Shown in pieces: positions 42,587 to 52,741 of a DNA stretch of 62,659 bases; position 1 is the first letter of the stretch; the number at the start of each line of letters is the position of its first letter. This DNA comes from an uncultured Candidatus Saccharibacteria bacterium (GTDB lineage: Bacteria > Patescibacteriota > Minisyncoccia > Phycocordibacterales > GWA1-40-21). The position numbers were made by a program, and so were the translations under genes. The notes beneath the pieces are model-generated. The model made no database searches and was not told the origin of the DNA. It worked only from the letters and a program-made list of their open reading frames with translations. The stretch covers positions 1 through 62,659 of the forward strand of contig CAZSCE010000002.1 of the NCBI GenBank assembly GCA_964605355.1, written 5' to 3'.

Positions 42587-43543
42587 TTATTTAAGGGTAA
42601 TACCATAATTTGACAGCACTTTCTTGATCTCCTGAATACCTTTTGAACCAAGACCTTCTATATCATCTAAATCAGCCTCTTTCTTTCTGGCCAAACCACC
42701 AACAGTTCTGATATTACCATTTGAAAGTGCATTTATGGTTCTAGCAGAAAGATCCAGGGTTTCAATTCTGGTTTTTAGGAATTCCGCGTCAGACTCTTTT
42801 GATTCATCAGCAACTTCCTCTTTAGCTTCTTTAATTACAACTTCTGGTTCTTTGAAACCAACAATTGCTTTTAACTGACCAATCATAATCAAGATAGATT
42901 CTTCCAAAGCCTCGTTTGGAGTAATGGTTCCGTCTGTCTCAATAAAGATTTTTAATTTATTAAAATCTGTTCTATCACCCACGCGCATATTTTCCACCTC
43001 ATAGTTTACTCGGCGAATAGGGCTGAAAATAGCATCCAAGGCAATGTGACCAATTTCGGTTCTATCTTTCTGTAATACTTCTTTTGGTACATAACCTAAA
43101 CCTTTTTCTATTTTCATTTCAATAGAAAGTTCAGCTGATTTACTACCTAAAGTAGCAATATAAAGTTCTGGATTCAAAACTTCTACCTGACCGGGAACTT
43201 CAATATCAGCGGCAGTGACCTCTTTAGCACCTTTAACTTTGAGCTCAATGGTTTGAGGCTCGTCAGTTAGCATCTTAATTCTGACTTTTTTAAGGTTAAG
43301 AATAAGGGCAATAACATCTTCCTTGACGCCAACAACAGAGGAGAATTCATGATCTACGCCAGCCACCTTAATAGAAGTAATAGCTACACCAGACAAAGAG
43401 GAAAGGATAATCCTTCTCAAGGAGTTACCCAAAGTATGACCATAACCAGGATAAAGACCGTCAATTTCATAGGTCCCAGAGAATCCCTCTTCCGAGACAA
43501 TACGTGGCTTGGAAGGAAGTAATACTTGTTTGTTTTCTGACAT
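42587..43543 (-). CDS. rpoA: DNA-directed RNA polymerase subunit alpha
   Basis: GYGHTLGNSLRRILLSS-type motif (GHTLGNSLRRIILSSL) and C-terminal domain LDLSARTINAL. Confidence 0.92.
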   Translation of the reverse strand: MSENKQVLLPSKPRIVSEEGFSGTYEIDGLYPGYGHTLGNSLRRIILSSLSGVAITSIKVAGVDHEFSSVVGVKEDVIALILNLKKVRIKMLTDEPQTIELKVKGAKEVTAADIEVPGQVEVLNPELYIATLGSKSAELSIEMKIEKGLGYVPKEVLQKDRTEIGHIALDAIFSPIRRVNYEVENMRVGDRTDFNKLKIFIETDGTITPNEALEESILIMIGQLKAIVGFKEPEVVIKEAKEEVADESKESDAEFLKTRIETLDLSARTINALSNGNIRTVGGLARKKEADLDDIEGLGSKGIQEIKKVLSNYGITLK

Positions 43544-43612
43544 AGGCTTACTTTTTTATTAATTATTAAAAATGAATAAATATTATAAACTATTTTTACA
43601 AAATATGCAAGT

Positions 43613-44218
43613 TTAGCGGCTATAGAAGTTCAACACAGCGGCGGGATCAAAGTTTACTTCAAGAGCGGTTAGTTTTGGGGCGCCTTGAACCTTGCACTCT
43701 TTTTTGGTGATATCAAAAGCTAACCAGGAAGGATAATTATGAGTTTTTAATTTTTCATCAATATTAGCAAAGATTCCCTTTTTAGCACTGCTCTCTCTGA
43801 TAGAAATTTTGTCATTAATAGAAACAGCATATGAAGGAATGGTAATTTTCAAACCATTTACCAAAATATGACCGTGAGAAACAATTTGTCTAGAAGCCTG
43901 TCTGGTAGAAGCTAAACCTAGGCGGTAAACAACGTTATCTAATCTGGATTCAAGGATAGAAATCAATTTTTCTGGAGAGTTGGCACCGGCCTTATCCAAA
44001 ATACTCTTTACATATTTAGCAAACATTCTTTCATTTACACCATAGGTAACTTTTGCTCTCTGCTTTTCTAGCATTTGCAAACCAAAATCACTCTTTGGAC
44101 GAGGTCTTTTCTCAACCTTCCTCTGAGCTTCCTTATTAGCAAATTTCTGGGTTTGTGTTTTATCAAAAACGTTTGCTCCCAGTCTCCTAGCTGTTTTGTA
44201 TTTTGGTCTGTTTATCAT
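43613..44218 (-). CDS. rpsD: 30S ribosomal protein S4
   Basis: PKYKTARRLGANVF N-terminus and an S4 RNA-binding domain (LDNVVYRLGLASTRQASRQIVSHGHILVNG). Confidence 0.92.
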   Translation of the reverse strand: MINRPKYKTARRLGANVFDKTQTQKFANKEAQRKVEKRPRPKSDFGLQMLEKQRAKVTYGVNERMFAKYVKSILDKAGANSPEKLISILESRLDNVVYRLGLASTRQASRQIVSHGHILVNGLKITIPSYAVSINDKISIRESSAKKGIFANIDEKLKTHNYPSWLAFDITKKECKVQGAPKLTALEVNFDPAAVLNFYSR

Positions 44219-44228
44219 TATTTTAAAA

Positions 44229-44666
44229 TTATACTCTACGTGGTTTCTTTGGTTTTGGACCGTTGTGTGGAACCGGGGTCACATCCTTGATGGCATTAAT
44301 AGTAAAGCCTTTGGTAATAAAACCACGGATAGCTGATTCTCTACCGGAACCCACGCCTTTTACCACCACAGAAATCTCTTTCAAACCCATATCAAAGGCT
44401 TTTTGACCAAGCATTTCTCCAATTTTAGCCGCTGCAAATGGTGTACCTTTTTTTGCCCCTCTAAAGCCTAGAGAACCGCTGGATGACCACATAAGCACGT
44501 TACCACTATCATCTGTCAGGGAGACCTTTGTGTTATTGAAAGTGGATTCGACATACAAAATACCAGAACTAATTTTCTTTTTACTTAAAATTTTAGCCTC
44601 CACTTTTGCTTCAGTGGCAGCAACTTTCTTATCTTCTTCTGTTTTAGCTATTTTTACTTTTCCCAT
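44229..44666 (-). CDS. rpsK: 30S ribosomal protein S11
   Basis: STFNNTKVSLTDDSGNVLMWSSSGSLGFRGAKKGTPFAA. Confidence 0.92.
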   Translation of the reverse strand: MGKVKIAKTEEDKKVAATEAKVEAKILSKKKISSGILYVESTFNNTKVSLTDDSGNVLMWSSSGSLGFRGAKKGTPFAAAKIGEMLGQKAFDMGLKEISVVVKGVGSGRESAIRGFITKGFTINAIKDVTPVPHNGPKPKKPRRV

Positions 44667-44677
44667 TATATTAATTA

Positions 44678-45058
44678 TTATTTCTTGTCAGCGGCTTTTC
44701 TACCGGTACCCATGGTCTTTCTAGTGTTTCCTCTTAAGGTGCGGGAGTTAGTCTTTGTTCTCTGGCCTCGGGATGGAAGCTTCTTGGCGTGTCTGGTACC
44801 GCGGTAAGACTTGATATCTTTTAGCCTCTTGATGTTTCCAGAAACCTCTCTTTTTAAATCACCTTCAATTTTATTAGACTCTATAATTTTTCTGATAGTA
44901 TTTTCCTCTTCAGCATTAATTTCTGTTGGTTTTTTCTCACCGCTAACTTTTGCTTTCTTTAAAATAGATTTAGACAAAGATAAACCTATACCGTAAAGAA
45001 CGGTAAGGCCAACTTTCAATCTTTTATTGTCTGGTATGGTGATTCCTGAAATACGCAT
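44678..45058 (-). CDS. rpsM: 30S ribosomal protein S13
   Basis: MRISGITIPDNKRLKVGLTVLYGIG. Confidence 0.92.
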   Translation of the reverse strand: MRISGITIPDNKRLKVGLTVLYGIGLSLSKSILKKAKVSGEKKPTEINAEEENTIRKIIESNKIEGDLKREVSGNIKRLKDIKSYRGTRHAKKLPSRGQRTKTNSRTLRGNTRKTMGTGRKAADKK

Positions 45059-45113
45059 AAATTAAAATTAATCTTGGGCAATATAGCACAAGTAGACTTA
45101 TAATGCAAGGGTT

Positions 45114-45230
45114 TTAGCCTTGTCTCTGTTTGTGGCGGGCATTAGCGGTACAAATAACCATTACTCGGCTCTTGCGACGAACAATTTTACAGATGGGACA
45201 GATTTTTTTGACTGATGCTTTTACTTTCAT
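45114..45230 (-). CDS. rpmJ: 50S ribosomal protein L36
   Basis: Not in the ORF track (38 codons). Hand translation of the minus strand gives [38 protein letters not shown]. Confidence 0.9.
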   Translation of the reverse strand: MKVKASVKKICPICKIVRRKSRVMVICTANARHKQRQG

Positions 45231-45242
45231 TTTATTCTTTGA

Positions 45243-45461
45243 TTATGATCTTTTAATTATTTTACCCTTACCGCCATATTCATCAACCTCGTAAGAAACC
45301 CTGTCACCAATCAGCACCCTGATCCGGTGCAGCCTCATTTTTCCAGAAAGAAAACATAATACATCAGTTTCCTCCCCCGCCGGCTTAACTTTGAAAAGAG
45401 TATTGGGAAAAGCCTCGGTCACCACACCCTCTTTTACTTGTTTATTTTTATTATTGGCCAT
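45243..45461 (-). CDS. infA: Translation initiation factor IF-1
   Basis: EGVVTEAFPNTLFKV...SGKMRLHRIRVLIGDRV S1-like fold pattern. Confidence 0.92.
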   Translation of the reverse strand: MANNKNKQVKEGVVTEAFPNTLFKVKPAGEETDVLCFLSGKMRLHRIRVLIGDRVSYEVDEYGGKGKIIKRS

Positions 45462-45500
45462 TTGAAAAGTACGGTGGGATTATAGCAAAAACACCCCCCT

Positions 45501-46829
45501 TTAGTCAAGCTCCTGGAGCTTTATTTTATTTATACTATCAGGAAAATACCTAGTCCAGACTGGTTTAAAAATCACCTGAATACCCGTTATTGAATCTTTA
45601 TACTTTTGCAATACGCCATTCATGTCTGCTTCTTTCTTACCTAACAAATCCCTCTTAAAATCATCAGCACTATATACCCATTTAATAATGCCATCACCTG
45701 TAATTTTTATATCTAAAGTGTTATTCTTCCATAAACCAGTACTATCCTTGGCCAAAAAAGTAACCACTAAATTATCAGAAGGAATAAATTCTACCGGTAA
45801 ACCATCAAAATCAGTTAATTTCCTACCCGCTAAATATTTTGCTAATTTTTGATTATTAAAGACTATGGCATTAATTGTGGCCTCAATATTAATTTCAGCT
45901 TTGTCTGTGTCTACTGCAGTATCAGGTAAATTTGAATAATCAATTGAGTAAGCATTACTAAAAATAATAAAATTGTCCGGTTTGATGGCGTATAATTCTT
46001 TTATAAGTTGTTCTTTTAATTTTTCCTTAATTATTACTTCTGTAGCTGTCCTTAAATCAGAGGCAATAATTCTTTGTTTACCAATAAGACCACCAGAAAT
46101 ATCATTTTTTAAGCGAGCATAAAAACTATTATAGCGCGGATCACCCTTAAATCCTGGAATTTTGAAATCACCAGTTAAGTCAGAAAGTTTCATATTATAG
46201 GCATCCCCAGCCTGATCAGCAAAAACAGTAGCCTCTATTCTACCCGGAATGATTTGACCACCAGTTTTTGTGGTTCCTGGTACAACTACAGAACTACTAA
46301 TTCGGTAAACCTTACCATTATTAGCCTCAAAACGAGTATTGTTTATTAATCTCTGTGGCGCCGTACTATAGTTATTGTAAATAATAATCTTACCGGAGGC
46401 CTTTTGGGTCACTTCTTTTTCTTCCGTAGCGTTTACAGTTTCGCCAAGCGACTGTTTAATATTTAATAATTCATATTGTAAATCACTTATTCCTGATGTT
46501 GTTGATTTTGCGGTATAAGTATCACTAATAAAAGTAATTTTAGCCGTTCTGGGGGTTATAATCACAGTGGCAGATGAAAAAATCATAGAAAGGCCAAAAA
46601 CTAAAGCTAGTATACAAATACCGGCCACTGTCCAAATAGCAAATTTTGGGTTCATGGGCTTTCTCTGCCAACTTGGGCTTTGACGCTTAACTGGTAAATG
46701 AAAGTCTCTTCTTTTTTCTTCATCAATCTCATTTTCTGTTTCAATTTTTTTCTTCATTTCCTTGGTAATAGGAATTTGCCGAATAGATTTTTTTGAAGAA
46801 ATAATGTCACTTATTATTTTTTTACTCAT
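45501..46829 (-). CDS. Bitopic membrane protein with large extracytoplasmic domain, hypothetical
   Basis: Roughly 60-aa basic cytoplasmic N-terminus, one TM helix (FAIWTVAGICILALVFGLSMIF) and a roughly 360-aa beta-rich ectodomain. Start is 3 nt after the upstream gene's stop. Confidence 0.55.
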   Translation of the reverse strand: MSKKIISDIISSKKSIRQIPITKEMKKKIETENEIDEEKRRDFHLPVKRQSPSWQRKPMNPKFAIWTVAGICILALVFGLSMIFSSATVIITPRTAKITFISDTYTAKSTTSGISDLQYELLNIKQSLGETVNATEEKEVTQKASGKIIIYNNYSTAPQRLINNTRFEANNGKVYRISSSVVVPGTTKTGGQIIPGRIEATVFADQAGDAYNMKLSDLTGDFKIPGFKGDPRYNSFYARLKNDISGGLIGKQRIIASDLRTATEVIIKEKLKEQLIKELYAIKPDNFIIFSNAYSIDYSNLPDTAVDTDKAEINIEATINAIVFNNQKLAKYLAGRKLTDFDGLPVEFIPSDNLVVTFLAKDSTGLWKNNTLDIKITGDGIIKWVYSADDFKRDLLGKKEADMNGVLQKYKDSITGIQVIFKPVWTRYFPDSINKIKLQELD

Positions 46830-46831
46830 AT

Positions 46832-47944
46832 TTATATTTTATATAGATTATCCAAAAACATTAATTCTAATTTATAAATTATATCATCAGTCTTTAAATT
46901 TGTTTTTACTTTTTTATTCTCAACTAAAGTAACCTTAAAATCATGCTTTTCTAATTTACCTTTTAAAAAACAGCTGAGATCTGAATTAGTAATTAAAAAT
47001 AAGTCTTCCGGTACATAAATTTTTTCCTTGAAACTATCCAGTATTTCAAAAATCTTGATCAGCCAGTTCCTAGCGGCGTTATCCATAGCTACAGACAGTT
47101 TTAGGGCGGCCAATTCATCATTACTACCGGCACAGTTCAAATTAATCATAGAATCAGCTACTGGTTTGGTCACTTTTAAAATGAGGGATAAGTCTCTTAT
47201 AAAATCATTCCGGCCAAGGGGTAAAGAAGCACTACTGATCATAATATTATCTTTAACAATACCAATATCAGTTATTTCTTCACTAACATCCAAATAAATG
47301 AAATCAGGCTTTTGAGGGAATAAATTTCTAATATTAGTTAGTAATGAAAGCGCTAATGAGTGACACCAAATATTTTTTACATGAAAAGTTTTAGAAACAG
47401 CTTGGTCTACAACCTGTAAAATCTCTCCCGGAACAGCGGTAAAAAATACAGCAATTTCTAAATCTTTGGTGACCTTATTTAAATAATTATTTATAACATA
47501 ACCATTAATTTTGACCTGAATAATTTTCTTTTCAATAATTTTACCAGCCTGACTTATTTCTGTTTGATATTTCTTCTCTTGCTCATCAATTACCCGGTTA
47601 ATATATTCATGAGTAATTTTAATAGATTTTGACTCTTTAATTTTAATTACTTTTGTTTGAGAAATACTCCAGGGAGAAGAAAACATATAAAAAGCTCTAT
47701 CTACTATCTTCCCTTCTATCTTTATTTTACCAGCCAAAGTGGTCAAAGCCTTCTCCATATATTCCAAGTGCTTTGAAACATCAATTTTCTCTTGATAAGT
47801 AAAAATTTCTTTCTCATAGTGAATAATATCCACACCGGATTCCTCAGTGAATTTAATCAGACCACCAGAAACAGAACCACTGCCAATATTAAAAACAAGC
47901 GAAAAGTTTTCTTTATTTCTTTTTAAAAAAGAAAAGAACGACAT
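46832..47944 (-). CDS. Divergent actin-fold (ASKHA) ATPase, FtsA/PilM-like
   Basis: Phosphate-1-like FNIGSGSVSGGLI and phosphate-2-like IYLDVSEEITDIGIV. Size and layout are like PilM/FtsA. Confidence 0.45.
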   Translation of the reverse strand: MSFFSFLKRNKENFSLVFNIGSGSVSGGLIKFTEESGVDIIHYEKEIFTYQEKIDVSKHLEYMEKALTTLAGKIKIEGKIVDRAFYMFSSPWSISQTKVIKIKESKSIKITHEYINRVIDEQEKKYQTEISQAGKIIEKKIIQVKINGYVINNYLNKVTKDLEIAVFFTAVPGEILQVVDQAVSKTFHVKNIWCHSLALSLLTNIRNLFPQKPDFIYLDVSEEITDIGIVKDNIMISSASLPLGRNDFIRDLSLILKVTKPVADSMINLNCAGSNDELAALKLSVAMDNAARNWLIKIFEILDSFKEKIYVPEDLFLITNSDLSCFLKGKLEKHDFKVTLVENKKVKTNLKTDDIIYKLELMFLDNLYKI

Positions 47945-47996
47945 ACCTATTATTATACGCCATTAAATATTTGTCTGCAATAGAAAATTTGCTACT

Positions 47997-49838
47997 TTAT
48001 TCTAATACTGCCTTTATTCTTCTTATACCAGCAGAGACGGCCTCTTCTTTTATGATTTTAAAATGAGCAAGTTCAGAAGTATTTGAAACATGGGGACCAC
48101 CACAGATTTCTTTACTGTAGTGATCAGCGTCAGTACCAACGGTGTAAACCTTTACCACGGCATCATATTTATCCGTAAAAACACCTTGAGCTCCGCTTTC
48201 TTTGGCCTCAGTTACACTCATTTCCTGACAAGTGACCGGTAATTTGAGGGCAATCACGCCATTTACATAGTCTTCCACCTTCTTTTTTTGCTCGTCAGTC
48301 ATTTTTTCTGGATGAGCAAAGTCAAAACGTAAACGTTCAGCGGTAATATTACTTCCCTTTTGTGATACATGATTTCCTAATACCGCTCGTAATGCAGAAT
48401 TTAAAATGTGGGTAGCGGTATGATATTTAATCTCCTTCTCACCAGTTCCACCTAGGCCTCCTTTAAATTTCTGTTCAGAGCCAGCACGAGACAGGGCCTG
48501 ATGAGACTCAAGATCTTTTCTAAACTTATCCTCATCAACGGTCATCCCTTTTTCCTTAGCTAATTCCTTGGTAAGTTCAAAAGGGAAACCATAGCTTGTG
48601 AATAAAACAAAAGGATCAACCCCTTTTTCAAATTCCTTCATACCCGCTTCTAAAGTTTTTCTAAATTTTAACTCTTCTTTATAAATTTCAGATTTAATTA
48701 AATCTCTTTTATTATATGTTTCTGGATAAGCTTCTTTGTAATAATCAAAAATTGAATCAGTCAGGTCAGCAAAATTATTTTCTTTGATACCTAGGATATC
48801 AGCGTGTCTAACGGCACGGCGCAATAATCGGCGTACAAAATAACCCTGGTCAGTATTTGAAGGTATAGCTCCATCACCAATAAGAAACACTGACGCCCTA
48901 AGGTGGTCAGTAATAACACGATATGAGGCAGTATATTTAGAATCGCTATATTTTGTTGCTGAAATTTCCTCAAGCTTATTAATTAGATTTGTAAAAATAT
49001 CAATTTTAAAAATATCATTTGTATTCTGTACTGCCATAGAGATACGCTCCAATCCACCACCAAAATCAATATTTTTTTTAGGCAGAGGCTCAAATATATT
49101 ATTACCCACCTTTTTAAATTCCATAAATACCGAGTTCCCAATTTCAAGATATCGTCCGCAGTCACAGTTTGGATGACAAAATTTACCATATTTGGGATTA
49201 TGTTCAATCAAATCAAACTCATAAAATATCTCAGAGTCAGCACCACCGGGCTCACCTATAGGCATTTTATCTGGAGCTCCACCTCTTGACCACCAATTTT
49301 TATCACTATATGAGAATATTCTGCCGTCCTGCATACCCAAATTAGCACCATTCTCCTCAGAATCCAGAATTATATTTTTTGCCTCAATTTCCTCTTTTTT
49401 AAATAATTCCTGCCAAATTGTTACGGCCTTGGTATCAGATAAAAGATTATTTTCCTTATTGCCAGAAAAAACAGTAATATAAAGTTTATTGGGGTCTATA
49501 TTTAATTCTTTAGTTAAAAATTCAAAAATCCAAGGTATTTGTTCATCCTTAAAATAATCACCAAATGACCAATTACCTAGCATCTCAAAAAAGGTGGTGT
49601 GGCGATTATCTCCAACCTCCTCAATATCTCCTGTTCTAAATGATTTTTGAGAATCAGTTATTCTTTTACCTAATGGGTGTGTTGTTCCCAGTAAATATGG
49701 CAGCATTGGCTGCATTCCAGAACCAGTAAAAAGGGTGGTTGGGTCATTTTCCGGTAATAATGAAGCGGAAGGGATTATTTTATGTCCCCTCTTCTCAAAG
49801 AATTTTAAATATCGTTCCCGGATCTCGCTTGATTGCAT
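47997..49838 (-). CDS. alaS: Alanine--tRNA ligase, short form (613 aa; catalytic plus editing core, no C-Ala domain)
   Basis: IRERYLKFFEKRGHKIIPSASL, FTGSGMQP, HTATHIL and CGGPHV editing-site motifs. Confidence 0.88.
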   Translation of the reverse strand: MQSSEIRERYLKFFEKRGHKIIPSASLLPENDPTTLFTGSGMQPMLPYLLGTTHPLGKRITDSQKSFRTGDIEEVGDNRHTTFFEMLGNWSFGDYFKDEQIPWIFEFLTKELNIDPNKLYITVFSGNKENNLLSDTKAVTIWQELFKKEEIEAKNIILDSEENGANLGMQDGRIFSYSDKNWWSRGGAPDKMPIGEPGGADSEIFYEFDLIEHNPKYGKFCHPNCDCGRYLEIGNSVFMEFKKVGNNIFEPLPKKNIDFGGGLERISMAVQNTNDIFKIDIFTNLINKLEEISATKYSDSKYTASYRVITDHLRASVFLIGDGAIPSNTDQGYFVRRLLRRAVRHADILGIKENNFADLTDSIFDYYKEAYPETYNKRDLIKSEIYKEELKFRKTLEAGMKEFEKGVDPFVLFTSYGFPFELTKELAKEKGMTVDEDKFRKDLESHQALSRAGSEQKFKGGLGGTGEKEIKYHTATHILNSALRAVLGNHVSQKGSNITAERLRFDFAHPEKMTDEQKKKVEDYVNGVIALKLPVTCQEMSVTEAKESGAQGVFTDKYDAVVKVYTVGTDADHYSKEICGGPHVSNTSELAHFKIIKEEAVSAGIRRIKAVLE

Positions 49839-49876
49839 AATAGTAAGAGTATAGCAGATTTAAGGAAATATTAAAA

Positions 49877-50692
49877 TTAACCAAATAAGGTGTCTTTTTT
49901 GCTGACGGGATTCTTAGTTTTCTCCTCTTTTGCTAGTTTTTGTAAACTTTCCCCGGCGGATTTACGATAGGAACAATAATCACAATCCGGATTTGGTAAT
50001 GGGGCGTTTGGTTGATCTAAACATTCTTTCATACCAAAAATTTCCTTCTCAATCCACTCAGTTTTCCCGGTGTATGGAATAATGGTAATATCAAAATCTA
50101 ATTTACCGTCAAAGGCTTCCCTATCCGTTTTGCCATTTACATAAACAAAATATCCAGTATCCGATACTTTGTAATTATTTTGTTTGAACAGCCATTGATA
50201 TATCTCCATCTGTCTCTTGTATTGAATCTTCCAGGCCTCATCCAGGGTAATTTCCTCATCTTTACTGGTGGCTTTATAATCAACCACAATTAATTCACCT
50301 TTAGGATTTACCCAGATATCATCCACGCCACCCCGTAAAATAATATTGGTTGGTTTATGTAAATATGATATACCGCGTTTAAGAGCATCACGCCACTCCT
50401 CCATTTTGGGATCATCAAGTGGTACAGCGTCAATCTCATAAGCTTTCATTAAAGGATGGGCGGTGCCTTTGGCCCTATGAATATCAAATTCCTTTTTCAT
50501 TAAAAAATCCACCGCATTGTTCAGGGTCAAAGGAAAAGAGGCCGGCCTACCCACACCACATTTCTGATCTAAATAAAAACAACGCTCACAATTCATAAAC
50601 AGGTCCAGTTTTGAGCGGGATAAACGGTGAGGTTCACTTGCACTACTGTCATATAGCCCTCTGGTTCTTTTGGAATTATAGTACTGGCTCAT
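49877..50692 (-). CDS. PD-(D/E)XK nuclease, Cas4/RecB-like with Cys cluster
   Basis: CERCFY near the N-terminus, GGVDD, VVDYK (D/ExK), QMEIYQ (QxxxY) and C-terminal CDYC. Confidence 0.65.
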   Translation of the reverse strand: MSQYYNSKRTRGLYDSSASEPHRLSRSKLDLFMNCERCFYLDQKCGVGRPASFPLTLNNAVDFLMKKEFDIHRAKGTAHPLMKAYEIDAVPLDDPKMEEWRDALKRGISYLHKPTNIILRGGVDDIWVNPKGELIVVDYKATSKDEEITLDEAWKIQYKRQMEIYQWLFKQNNYKVSDTGYFVYVNGKTDREAFDGKLDFDITIIPYTGKTEWIEKEIFGMKECLDQPNAPLPNPDCDYCSYRKSAGESLQKLAKEEKTKNPVSKKDTLFG

Positions 50693-51605
50693 CTTTTTTT
50701 ATATTATTGTGGCTATTTTTTTCGGCTAATTGTTGAATTCTCACTAACTCTTCTGGACCAACACATTCCTTACATAGGTCATACACCTCCTTTACTACAG
50801 ACTGAGCTTTTTTATCATCAAAACCATAGCTCTTTAGCAGACTATAATCACCAAGCTGTTTTGAAAGGACAATCCTATTTGCTAAAAACATTTTCTTTTC
50901 CGTTAGACTGATAGTGGTCAAAACAGTGATAGGCACCATATTTAATTTCTCAATCAAATGATGTAAATTATTTTCTGAAGGATAATTCCAGCCAATCATA
51001 TTTAAATGAGCACACTCACCGTATTGGATAGCGGTAGAGGAAAAGTTTGTATTCGTTATTAATATTCCTTTGGTCATCTTCCTTTCCTTGCCACCATATT
51101 TATAGATGCCGTTTTGTAAATCCTCAAATCTGGCCTTGATATATAAAGCCACCTTTAGATCAGAATGAGTACCAAAATCTGTATGAAATTTTGCCTCTAT
51201 CATAATCAATTCCTTATCATTATAGGCCACCACATCTATTTCATGTGGTACACAGGTACCTATAGCAATCTGATCTGTAACCGCTTCATAACCCTGAGCT
51301 TTAAATATCTCTGCCACATAATCCTCAAAAGGAAAACCAGACGGACCAAGCTCGGCAATGGCTCTCTTGATAGAATAGCGAAGCGCTACTGGGCGCTGAC
51401 CTTTTCTCAGTAAACCAAAAGCCTGTCTATATATTTCTTTGGTGGTGTGACCGTCTTTTAAATCAGCTTCAACTTTCTTAACTATGCTATCAGCCAAGGT
51501 TTGATCAGTGCCAATTTTTCTAAGAGATGACAAAAGCTTTTCCCGGTTAAAAGGCTCTCTCGTTCCATCAGCTTTTATAATATAAATTCCTGGCTCCGGT
51601 GACAT
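50676..51605 (-). CDS. ATP-cone domain fused to an Mrr-like restriction-endonuclease domain
   Basis: ATP-cone pattern IYIIKADGTREPFNREKLLSSLRK...TTKEIYRQAF. Nuclease core FEDYVAEIFKAQGYEA...EIDVVAY...MIEAKF. I use the ATG at 51605 (MSPEPG). The 3' end overlaps the next gene by 17 nt. Confidence 0.6.
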   Translation of the reverse strand: MSPEPGIYIIKADGTREPFNREKLLSSLRKIGTDQTLADSIVKKVEADLKDGHTTKEIYRQAFGLLRKGQRPVALRYSIKRAIAELGPSGFPFEDYVAEIFKAQGYEAVTDQIAIGTCVPHEIDVVAYNDKELIMIEAKFHTDFGTHSDLKVALYIKARFEDLQNGIYKYGGKERKMTKGILITNTNFSSTAIQYGECAHLNMIGWNYPSENNLHHLIEKLNMVPITVLTTISLTEKKMFLANRIVLSKQLGDYSLLKSYGFDDKKAQSVVKEVYDLCKECVGPEELVRIQQLAEKNSHNNIKKDEPVL

Positions 51606-51622
51606 AATAAACATTATATCAT

Positions 51623-52741
51623 TTACAAAATAATTCCACCACCCAGACACACATTTCTATCATAAATTACAATGGATTGACCGGCGGCTGGTGAACTTGG
51701 AGCATCTTTAAATATAATTTTACAATTACCGCCCTTTAACAATTCAATTTTGCAGGAATCAAGAGCGCCTCGGTAACGAATTCTAGCTTGATAATTTTTA
51801 GAAATATCTGGCGCCTGGTTTGATATCCAGTTCACATTACTTAATTCAAACTCTTTTTTGTTCAAACCTTCACTTATACTCAATTTATCAGAAATTGTAA
51901 TAGTATTTTTTTTAATATCCTTACTTATCACAAATCGCCTATTATTTTCTGGGGAATTTTTTATTATAACAAAACCATGACGCTGGCCAATGGTGTAAAG
52001 CTCGGCCCCTTCATGTGTACCTATAATCTCTCCTTTTTCATTTAAAACTTTTCCTGGTTTTGTTTTAATAAAGTTTTTCAAAAAGTCACCCATTTCCACC
52101 TTTCCAATAAAACACAAACCTTGACTATCTTTTTTTGTGGCCGTTTCTAAATCAAACTTTTTAGCTAATTTTCTGACTTCTGTTTTCTCTAAATCCCCCA
52201 CTGGAAATAAAGTTTTGGTTAATTGCTTTTGAGTTAATGTCCACAAAAAATAACTTTGATCTTTATTCTTATCTATTCCAGCCAAAAGGCAGAATTCGGA
52301 ATTTGGAATTTGGAATTTAGTTTTTTTTCTATATTCAATATTCAACATTCTAGATTCTACTTTAGCATAATGACCGGTAGCTACATAATCTGCCCCTTTT
52401 TTCATAGCCCAATCAAAGAAACCGCCAAACTTTACGTATTTATTACACATCACATCCGGATTTGGCGTCCTACCCGCCTTATATTCATTAATCATATAAT
52501 CCACCACCTCCTTTTTGTACTGCTTTTCTAGATCAAGGGTGTAAAAAGGTATATTTAATTTGGCACAAACCCGCATAGCATCCAGCCGGTCTTCCTTCCA
52601 GGTACAGCCGCCAGTCAGTTCCATATCAGGCTGCCAAACCTTGATAAATACCCCATACACATCAAGGCCGGCCTTTTTTAACAAGGCAGCACTAACTGAG
52701 GAATCCACACCGCCTGATAACCCCACAAATACCTTTTTCAT
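51623..52741 (-). CDS. mnmA: tRNA 2-thiouridine(34) synthase
   Basis: MKKVFVGLSGGVDSSV PP-loop start. The track's 40-codon N-terminal extension (to 52861) was rejected. Confidence 0.9.
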   Translation of the reverse strand: MKKVFVGLSGGVDSSVSAALLKKAGLDVYGVFIKVWQPDMELTGGCTWKEDRLDAMRVCAKLNIPFYTLDLEKQYKKEVVDYMINEYKAGRTPNPDVMCNKYVKFGGFFDWAMKKGADYVATGHYAKVESRMLNIEYRKKTKFQIPNSEFCLLAGIDKNKDQSYFLWTLTQKQLTKTLFPVGDLEKTEVRKLAKKFDLETATKKDSQGLCFIGKVEMGDFLKNFIKTKPGKVLNEKGEIIGTHEGAELYTIGQRHGFVIIKNSPENNRRFVISKDIKKNTITISDKLSISEGLNKKEFELSNVNWISNQAPDISKNYQARIRYRGALDSCKIELLKGGNCKIIFKDAPSSPAAGQSIVIYDRNVCLGGGIIL

